A stretch of DNA of 30,694 nt, from the IMG/VR virus record IMGVR_UViG_3300011443_000043, positions 1-30,694 of that record. One strand, given 5' to 3'. The position numbers and the translations under genes were made by a program. Every line of letters starts with the position of its first letter. Position 1 is the stretch's first letter. The DNA is from a virus. Lineage: Duplodnaviria > Caudoviricetes. Under the pieces are notes generated by a model that saw only the letters and a program-made list of their open reading frames with translations, was not told the origin of the DNA and did not search any database. Shown one piece after another: positions 24,255-30,694 of this stretch.

Positions 24255-25109
24255 TTACGCGGCTACAGGCATCGCGAGCACGCTCACAGTCACGCCGCCG
24301 GCGCCAGTGCCGGTCGCGGCCGTCACCGTGACGAGCAGGGCTTTGCCCGCGGTAAGGACGCCGCCATAGGTAAGGATGGCGCCCGCACTGCCGGTATTGA
24401 GATCGTTCTTGAACTTGTTCGTGGTGTCGGTTTCGCCGATATCAAACAGAGTGGCCGCGCCGCTGCCGGCGGCAAAGGTCTCATCAATAGTCACGACAAT
24501 GACGACCGCACGATCGACCGGAGCGGCGGCGAGCAGCGACTGGGCGCCGGCGTCCGTTTTGATGTAACTGTCGCTGGCACCCACGCCGTTGCTCGGCGTA
24601 GCTCCCGCGAACTCGACGGCACCCGTTGATGCGTCGTAGCTGAGAATCGGGTTCTCAGTCGTGTTACGGATCGGGATGACTGTGGTTAGCGAACTGTCGG
24701 CGATGTTGTCGGTATAGGTCGTCGCGGTGTTATTGCTGATGGTGGCCAGCAATTTGTAATTCGCCGGGATGTTCCGGTCCGCGTTTGCTGCTGTGCGGTA
24801 AAGTTTACGCGCTGTTACGAAAGCCGAGCCGAGCGGAATATCAGTCAGGGCGACCTGGCCATCAGTTCCCAGTGCGGCCACGGTAGCACTGACCGCGCCC
24901 AGGTCTTCGTCGTTGAATGAGGTTTCGCCCTCGGCGGTGACAAACGTCACCAGGTAAGAGTGGGCCCCGTTGTTGACGTTGCCGGCGCCACCGCCAGCCA
25001 GTGCGGCCGCCATGCCTGCCGTCTCGAGGTCCGGAGTCAGCTCAGGCCGGCTCAGCAAAACGTTGCCATCGATGTCTTCGATTGGCCAAACTCTTCGTCG
25101 TAATGTCAT
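24255..25109 (-). CDS. Putative head decoration/fibre protein
   Basis: Between portal and capsid; Ala/Thr/Gly-rich; YLVTFV...RKLYRT...TYTDN FN3-like segment plus a beta-rich C-terminal domain. Confidence 0.55.
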   Translation of the reverse strand: MTLRRRVWPIEDIDGNVLLSRPELTPDLETAGMAAALAGGGAGNVNNGAHSYLVTFVTAEGETSFNDEDLGAVSATVAALGTDGQVALTDIPLGSAFVTARKLYRTAANADRNIPANYKLLATISNNTATTYTDNIADSSLTTVIPIRNTTENPILSYDASTGAVEFAGATPSNGVGASDSYIKTDAGAQSLLAAAPVDRAVVIVVTIDETFAAGSGAATLFDIGETDTTNKFKNDLNTGSAGAILTYGGVLTAGKALLVTVTAATGTGAGGVTVSVLAMPVAA

Positions 25110-25161
25110 GGTTGTTTCTCCGTTGGCTCGCTTACTGGCGCTCTTTCCTGATGGCGGCGAG

Positions 25162-25206
25162 AAAATAGCAAAAAAAGAAACCGAGGCTGGGCGGGGATTG
25201 GCCGCT
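25162..25206 (-). promoter_or_regulatory. Putative activator-dependent late promoter, copy 2
   Basis: AGCGGCCAATCCCCGCCCAGCC, 17 nt, TATTTT with extended TG. Confidence 0.6.
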
Positions 25207-25210
25207 CGCG

Positions 25211-26749
25211 CTATTTCCCGGCGTTTTCGTCGGCCGGCTGGTTGGCATCAGCGGGCTCGGTGGCTGCCTTTGGCGCTGGGCCGACCTTCACGCCGTACTT
25301 CGTCTGGAGCTTTATTTCTTCCGACTTAACGACCAGCATTTCTTCGAAGTCCTCGCCTTCATCAGCCAGCACCTGGGTGGTGGTCGTGAAACCGTTGGCG
25401 ACCCGCTTCTCGTCGGCCTCGGCGTCCTGCTGCGGATTGACGTAACCCCAGCCGCGCGGCAGAAACTTTGGCTCAGTCAGGCGGTCGACGTCGCGCGGCA
25501 GTACTCCCTCGAGGGCGCCGGTCAGCATTGCACTGCGCAGCCAGGAGAGATAGACCTCGCGGTGCAGGTGCTCGATGAAAAACTGCTGGCAGACCTTCCA
25601 GACCTCGCGGGTTTCCTGGATGCCGGCGCGAATGCTCGAGTAATTGACTTCGCGCAGGTCTGAGGCGAATGTGCAGTAATCAACGTCGAAACCGACCGCG
25701 ATACCTTTCAGCATTGTCTTGAGAAACTCGCCTTCATTGCCGTTCGGGTGTTTTGGATCGAAGTTCTTGATGTCATAGCCGGCGGGCAGTTGGGGAAAGA
25801 TGCCCGGGCTGGCTTCGACTTCGACCGGCAGCGGGTCCGCTCCGGTGAATTGGGCCTCCTGGCCCCCGGGTGGAATCAGGAAAGCCATCTGACAGGCTTC
25901 GACGCGGGCCCCGATCACTTTCGCTTCGATGAACTCGCCCAGGTCGCGCAGGTTCCGCATGGCCGCGTGCGTCCAGGGCACCCCGCGGGTCACCGTTTCA
26001 TCTTCCTGGCAGACGAACAGATGAATGATTTCGCTCGCCGGCACACGCACGGTCTTATTCACCCGGCCGGACTCCGGATAGAGATGGTCGTAATACGGCG
26101 TCGTCAGGTGATAAGCCACCGGCCGATCGTCGTTGTCGACTTCCACCGACATCAGGATCCGGTTGCCGTTGGGTAGAAGCTGGTTATTCGTCTCACTGAG
26201 ATAGCTCACGTCGATGAGCTTCAGGGCAAAGCCGAAATCATTCTTCGCCGTGACCTTCCGGATCAGGCACTCGCCGTCACGCGCGAGCTGCGTCGCGGCC
26301 AGGTTCTGCACATCGAGCCACGAGAGTTTTCCGGAGACGGTGCAGGTGTCTTTGTGGCACCAGCGCTGCCAGGCATCTTCGACCTGGCGATTGAGCACGC
26401 TGTCGAGCTCGTCACCGTTGGTCTTCGCGCGTGCCTGGACGCGGATGCCGCGCGGGCCGATGACGTTCGATCTCACCATCGAGAGAAACTTCTTCATGTA
26501 GCCGTCGTTGTGCGCCAGGTCCCGTGAACGCGCGCGCATCGTGCGCAGCCCCTGACGAAGCTCAGCGCCGGCGGAAGTGACCGGGGCCACCCAGTCACTG
26601 GTAAAACGATTGTTCATGGCCGCGTCAAAACGGCGCTGCATCAGAGCGCTCTGTCTGCGCTGAAGAGCGCGGGTCCGCTCTGCAGCAGCCTGCTGGGCGC
26701 GCAGCTCGCTGAAGGTTGGCAGCTTGAGATCGAGGGACGTGAATTCCAT
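25211..26749 (-). CDS. Portal protein, lambda family
   Basis: RARSRDL..ND, DGECL, RGVPW, NYSSIRAG, GWGYVNP motifs. Confidence 0.95.
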   Translation of the reverse strand: MEFTSLDLKLPTFSELRAQQAAAERTRALQRRQSALMQRRFDAAMNNRFTSDWVAPVTSAGAELRQGLRTMRARSRDLAHNDGYMKKFLSMVRSNVIGPRGIRVQARAKTNGDELDSVLNRQVEDAWQRWCHKDTCTVSGKLSWLDVQNLAATQLARDGECLIRKVTAKNDFGFALKLIDVSYLSETNNQLLPNGNRILMSVEVDNDDRPVAYHLTTPYYDHLYPESGRVNKTVRVPASEIIHLFVCQEDETVTRGVPWTHAAMRNLRDLGEFIEAKVIGARVEACQMAFLIPPGGQEAQFTGADPLPVEVEASPGIFPQLPAGYDIKNFDPKHPNGNEGEFLKTMLKGIAVGFDVDYCTFASDLREVNYSSIRAGIQETREVWKVCQQFFIEHLHREVYLSWLRSAMLTGALEGVLPRDVDRLTEPKFLPRGWGYVNPQQDAEADEKRVANGFTTTTQVLADEGEDFEEMLVVKSEEIKLQTKYGVKVGPAPKAATEPADANQPADENAGK

Positions 26750-26756
26750 TTCGGTT

Positions 26757-27359
26757 TTACCGCGGTGCGACGAATCGCACTTCGACGTTGCGCATCAGCG
26801 GGCTGCCACCGTTGGCGGCGCGCTCGGAATTGACTCGCTGAACCAGGTGCTTTTCGAGTTCGATCAACTCGCTCAGTGAATGCTCGCGCTTCATCCGGCC
26901 GGCGATTGAGTATTCGGCGGCGTTTTTCGCTGCGGCTTTGCCCAGCGCCACGCGCACGGCCGCGAGATCGATTTCGGTCTGAGTTCGCCCGTCGTAGGCG
27001 GTCGTGATGTCGCTGTTGAGCAGGTTCGGCTTGACGTTCGTCTGGCCCTCGCCGACCTGGTATTCCTCGCCGGTGTCTGGATTGCTCACCCAGGCTTGCC
27101 AGTAGTAGAGACCGGCGGAAAGGTTCGCCGTCGCCGGCAGGTCTTCATCGGCATAAGCGGGAATCGTCACCAGGAATGAGCTGCCATCCGCAACGACCAG
27201 GTCGCCCTCGATGTCGAGACCGGCGCCGGCGCCGCGGAAGAAGTACGCCAGCAACCAGCCCGACTCAGGGTTGTAATTGGCAAACGTCTTTTTCCATTTC
27301 ACTGTCGAGCCGACAGTGATTTCGACGGGCTCAGTGGTGGCGATCGCCGGCGTGGTCAT
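26757..27359 (-). CDS. Head completion protein (gpW-like C-terminus with N-terminal extension)
   Basis: EYSIAGRMKR..SLSEL motif; between terminase and portal. Confidence 0.7.
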   Translation of the reverse strand: MTTPAIATTEPVEITVGSTVKWKKTFANYNPESGWLLAYFFRGAGAGLDIEGDLVVADGSSFLVTIPAYADEDLPATANLSAGLYYWQAWVSNPDTGEEYQVGEGQTNVKPNLLNSDITTAYDGRTQTEIDLAAVRVALGKAAAKNAAEYSIAGRMKREHSLSELIELEKHLVQRVNSERAANGGSPLMRNVEVRFVAPR

Positions 27360-27368
27360 TGCGCCGGG

Positions 27369-27413
27369 ATTGTATGGGAAGGAAGGGAATCGGCTGTGCG
27401 GGGATTGGCCGCT
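27369..27413 (-). promoter_or_regulatory. Putative activator-dependent late promoter, copy 1
   Basis: AGCGGCCAATCCCCGCACAGCC, 17 nt, TACAAT. Confidence 0.65.
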
Positions 27414-27416
27414 GCG

Positions 27417-29435
27417 TCAGAAAAACCTACCGGGCGGACGTCGCACGAAGCCACCAGGGCGGCGTGGAGCAAGGCGGGACTTACCTGCCGGCGGCGTTGA
27501 CGTGGGCGGTGTTTCCGGTGGTGGCTCGCCCTCGCTGTCAGGCTTTGGCTCGAGCAGCTCGGCCTTGCGAAGCAGCAGCGCGTGAATCTTCCCCATGTCG
27601 GGATTCAAAATGTAATAGGCAGCCATCGCATAAACACGGCAGTCAAGCGCCTCGTTGCGCGCCGACTCGCGGATCTTTTCCCACACGCGGGCGCCCTTTT
27701 TCATCCTCGGCCGCTCGCTCAGTAGCTGTTTGAAGTGGTCCTCGCCATAGAACACGCGGCCCTGCTCGCCGGCGCGCTCGAGCGGGAAGTGACAGTAGCC
27801 GGGCCCCTGGTCCTTCAGGTGCAAGTTGGTGATGAAGGTGTCCTTCGCCGCCTCAGTGCCGACGAGAAACAGCTTGATTTTGGGCCGGCCTGCCTCGGTC
27901 GGTTTGCCCACGATTGGCTTGCCGGCAGTCGAAGCGCCCTTCACTGCGAAGACCCGGTAACCGCGATTGGCATAGGCGAACGCATAGACTTCGTTGGTGA
28001 AACCGCCGCCGGAATCGATGGCCGTGCAGGCGACCTTCAGCGTGACGCCGTCGGCGCGCTTGAACTCGCGGGTTATGACTTCGGATTTCAGACGCTCCCA
28101 GGTCTCGGCCTTGGTGGGATCACCCCAGACCACCACGTAATCGGCCGACCAGTTTTCAAGGTTCAAGCCGAAGCCGAGAATCTCGCACTCCAGACGGTCC
28201 GGGTGGACGTCGACGCCGGCGACCAGGAGACACACACCGATCGGCATCGGATACTCGCCGCCGCGGCCGTCGCTGCCACCATAGTCTTCGCAGCGATCGG
28301 TTATCTCGCTGGTCTCGATCTTTTCCTGGGGCGGCTCCCATCCCTCGGCGAGCCACATGGTGACGAACGCTTTGAGCTGCCCGGGATCCCCGCTGCGTTT
28401 GGCGGTGACGAAAGCTTCGGCCATCTGGCCCCAGGCGACGAACGGTGAATAGAGTTTGTTCAGGTGGAAGCCGGCGCGGCCGGGCACACGTTGGCCGTCT
28501 GGATTCTCCTGGCGCCACTCGCCGCGCGCGAGCATCTGCGTTTTGTGCCGCTCTTCGATGACGGCGCCGCAGCCTTTGATCAGCAGGACCTTCTTGCCAT
28601 CCTCATCGAACTCGCCGCAGATGTAATACGCGGCCAGCGGGTCTTTGTCCCACCGCAGATTTTTGAACTTCAGCACCTGGAATTCGCCGCAGTGTGGACA
28701 GGGCACGTAGTAACGGCGCTGGTCGCTTTCGTGAAACTCGCGCTCGATCGGAGAGAAGCGCGGGGCATCGAGAGGCGTGCCGGCCGGGTTCTCGAGGCGA
28801 TCGCCGGGCGTCGAGACTTTTACGATCAGGGTGTCGGGCTGCCAGGTGTCCAGCGACGGTTCCGCGACTTTGCAGTAATCGCCGAGGTCGGTTTCTTTGT
28901 AGGCGTCGCGTTCGTCGAAGTAAATCTTTGCATTCGAGCGCGACGTCGCCGTCGCTGATGAAGTGGCCCAGCCCAGCACGAGCTGGCCGCCCGGATATGA
29001 CTTTGCTTTGATGGTGTTGCCGCTGTCGCGGATGCGCTTGTCCCGGACCAGGGCGTGCAGCACCGGAGTGTCATGCAGCATCGGCGCGAATGCCAGCTTG
29101 GACCACTCGTCAGCTTTCTTTTCATCCTCGCAGGCGTAGAGCTGTGGCACCGGATCCGCATGAATGGAGTGGCCGATGATGTTGAGAATGCACTCGGTGC
29201 CTCCAACCTGGCGTGGCTTTACGAAAACGATCTCTTTGATGTCCGGATCAGAGGCGGCTGCCATGATGCCGCGGGTGTAAGGGACCAGGTCAGTGCGCCA
29301 TGGACCAGGCCGGGAGCTCCGGCCCTTCGAGACGAAGCGATAGCGATCGGCCCAGTCCGCAACGGTGATCAGCGGCGGAGGGATCGCCTGGTCAAGCGCT
29401 TCGGAAAATACTCTTGTAATTATCTCGGAGGTCAT
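27417..29435 (-). CDS. terL: Terminase large subunit, lambda GpA family
   Basis: KPRQVGGTE (Walker A variant), YFDERD (Walker B), VSTP, YVPCPHCG, GVDV, IDSGG, RNEALDCRVYA. Confidence 0.95.
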   Translation of the reverse strand: MTSEIITRVFSEALDQAIPPPLITVADWADRYRFVSKGRSSRPGPWRTDLVPYTRGIMAAASDPDIKEIVFVKPRQVGGTECILNIIGHSIHADPVPQLYACEDEKKADEWSKLAFAPMLHDTPVLHALVRDKRIRDSGNTIKAKSYPGGQLVLGWATSSATATSRSNAKIYFDERDAYKETDLGDYCKVAEPSLDTWQPDTLIVKVSTPGDRLENPAGTPLDAPRFSPIEREFHESDQRRYYVPCPHCGEFQVLKFKNLRWDKDPLAAYYICGEFDEDGKKVLLIKGCGAVIEERHKTQMLARGEWRQENPDGQRVPGRAGFHLNKLYSPFVAWGQMAEAFVTAKRSGDPGQLKAFVTMWLAEGWEPPQEKIETSEITDRCEDYGGSDGRGGEYPMPIGVCLLVAGVDVHPDRLECEILGFGLNLENWSADYVVVWGDPTKAETWERLKSEVITREFKRADGVTLKVACTAIDSGGGFTNEVYAFAYANRGYRVFAVKGASTAGKPIVGKPTEAGRPKIKLFLVGTEAAKDTFITNLHLKDQGPGYCHFPLERAGEQGRVFYGEDHFKQLLSERPRMKKGARVWEKIRESARNEALDCRVYAMAAYYILNPDMGKIHALLLRKAELLEPKPDSEGEPPPETPPTSTPPAGKSRLAPRRPGGFVRRPPGRFF

Positions 29436-30048
29436 TGAAGGCTTTCGACGTTTCGCGCTTCAGCAGACTCGCCACCTCGCGCGATGTCTTGCACATATTA
29501 AGCCGGCCGGCCAGCTCGCGCGGCTGTTTGACGACCAGGAGCTGGTGCAGATGGTGAATGACAAGCTGCAGATGGTCGCGAACTTCGTTGTAAGGGACCA
29601 GCTCGCGGCGGGCCTGCTGGACTTTGATCTCTTTCAGCTCGGCCTCGGCCAGGGCGCCGCGCGTTTTAACGTCGCTCAGAGTCGGATCCTGGATTGATTC
29701 GAGCAGTTCCTTGACCGTTTTGCCCTGGGCATTCTTCTGGGTGAGGCGATACTGCTTTAGCTTTGGTTTGTTGACCGCCGGCGTGATGCCCTTCAGAACT
29801 TTCTTCACCACCTGCGAATAGGTCCCCGTCATCTCCGCCAGCGCCAGTATCGAGAAGAGACCATCGGCTTTGGGTTGGTCCGGCTGGATCGCGCGCGCGG
29901 TTTCCGATCGAACTGCTGAGACGAAGGCGGCAACGATCTGCTCGACGCTCGGGTCTTCAGGCAGCCCGGTGAGAATTTCGGTGATGGCTTTGCGCGGAAT
30001 GCCCGTCAGCTCGGCGGCTTTGCTGATTGAGAATACGGGATTTGTCAT
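29392..30048 (-). CDS. Terminase small subunit (Nu1-like)
   Basis: Overlaps the terL start; HTH-like segments and the AEAELKEIKVQQARRELV coiled coil. Confidence 0.7.
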   Translation of the reverse strand: MTNPVFSISKAAELTGIPRKAITEILTGLPEDPSVEQIVAAFVSAVRSETARAIQPDQPKADGLFSILALAEMTGTYSQVVKKVLKGITPAVNKPKLKQYRLTQKNAQGKTVKELLESIQDPTLSDVKTRGALAEAELKEIKVQQARRELVPYNEVRDHLQLVIHHLHQLLVVKQPRELAGRLNMCKTSREVASLLKRETSKAFNDLRDNYKSIFRSA

Positions 30049-30500
30049 GCCACGATTTTGAGGCGACTGCTGGTGGCGGGTTGTGTTGTTAGCGCCGGCA
30101 CCCGGCGCGCGCGGTCACCCAGGCGCAACAGAGAGTTGATTTCTTTCTGGACTGCCAGCGCGGTCTTTGGGTCTTTTGGCTGCTCGATCGGTGCGGAGCA
30201 TGTTGGGCAGTTTATTACGCCGGCCACCGCTGATTGGAAAAGAGACTCGAGCCGCTCGAGCGCTTTGCCGACCTCAGTGTCGAGGTTCAGCACGCCGGCC
30301 GTCTCGATCAGCCGCGTCGTCGCGTTATCGATCACCGTGGTCATCACATGAGGGCTGAGCCCCCACTTTTGCGCCTTCGCATATTCGAGAATGTAATCAC
30401 GATTCATACCGCGACAAAAAAGCCGGTAGACCTCCAGCGTCGCCTGCTCCGGAGTCAGCTTTTTCGCCTTCGATGTTTTTGCTTTTGTCATTGCGCGCAT
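30045..30500 (-). CDS. HTH-like protein with CxxC, second small-terminase-like candidate
   Basis: ATGA overlap with the next gene; WGLS...D..TALAVQKEINSLL pattern; CPTC insert. Confidence 0.55.
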   Translation of the reverse strand: MRAMTKAKTSKAKKLTPEQATLEVYRLFCRGMNRDYILEYAKAQKWGLSPHVMTTVIDNATTRLIETAGVLNLDTEVGKALERLESLFQSAVAGVINCPTCSAPIEQPKDPKTALAVQKEINSLLRLGDRARRVPALTTQPATSSRLKIVA

Positions 30501-30659
30501 CAATCGAATGTAATGGTTAGGGCCGCGATCGCGGTCCGGTTTTTCCAGAGATATCGGAGGTTTCTCCAGGTCAAGGAATAATTGCAGCTCTTTGTTGAGA
30601 TCGTTACCCTCATTTTTATGTTTTGGAAAATTGCGTCGTTATTAAAATCCGAAAAAGTT

Positions 30660-30694
30660 CTGTTGTTAGCCACCCAGCGCAGTGGCGCGTTACC
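30660..30694 (-). other. Possible cos/packaging-initiation region
   Basis: GC-rich GGTAACGCGCCACTGCGC followed by an AT-rich tract just upstream of the small-terminase genes of a GpA-type packaging module. Confidence 0.35.

Larger units (their letters stand above)
1..30694. mobile_element. Temperate lambda-like siphophage genome (partial), probably excised/circular form
   Basis: Repressor/cro switch, tyrosine integrase, tRNA-derived attP, terminase, portal, capsid and tail genes in canonical order; no host housekeeping genes in the window. Confidence 0.95.

Overview
This window is most of a temperate, lambda-like (long non-contractile tail) phage genome. An intact attP-like site (3' half of tRNA-Arg(CCU)) lies between the integrase and the end of the tail operon, so this is probably the excised/virion form rather than an integrated prophage. 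Left part: early genes (Gly-rich repeat protein, DUF6948-like, CII-like, small Cro-position protein), a divergent promoter pair, then an XRE repressor, DUF4282-like membrane protein, lipoprotein and tyrosine integrase. Right part (minus strand, read from the right end): two small-terminase candidates, GpA terminase, gpW-like, lambda portal, decoration-like protein, protease-capsid fusion, head-tail and tail genes, tail chaperone with a probable -1 frameshift, tape measure, tail tip, SGNH esterase tail appendage and fibre. Most unusual: (1) behind the integrase, three unrelated ~72-aa ORFs spaced 216/221/218 bp apart, each ending in a copy of the integrase's own C-terminal coding sequence (..EExVN-stop), forming a gene-cassette-like array; (2) Sec-type signal peptides on a tail-fibre-like protein and on the tail-terminator-like protein, plus many small membrane proteins and no endolysin in the window; (3) a repeated 22-bp late-promoter motif. 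Family names are recognised from memory of consensus motifs and from synteny; no searches were run. REP-like repeats hint at an Acidobacteriota (Blastocatellia-like) host, which is a tentative inference.
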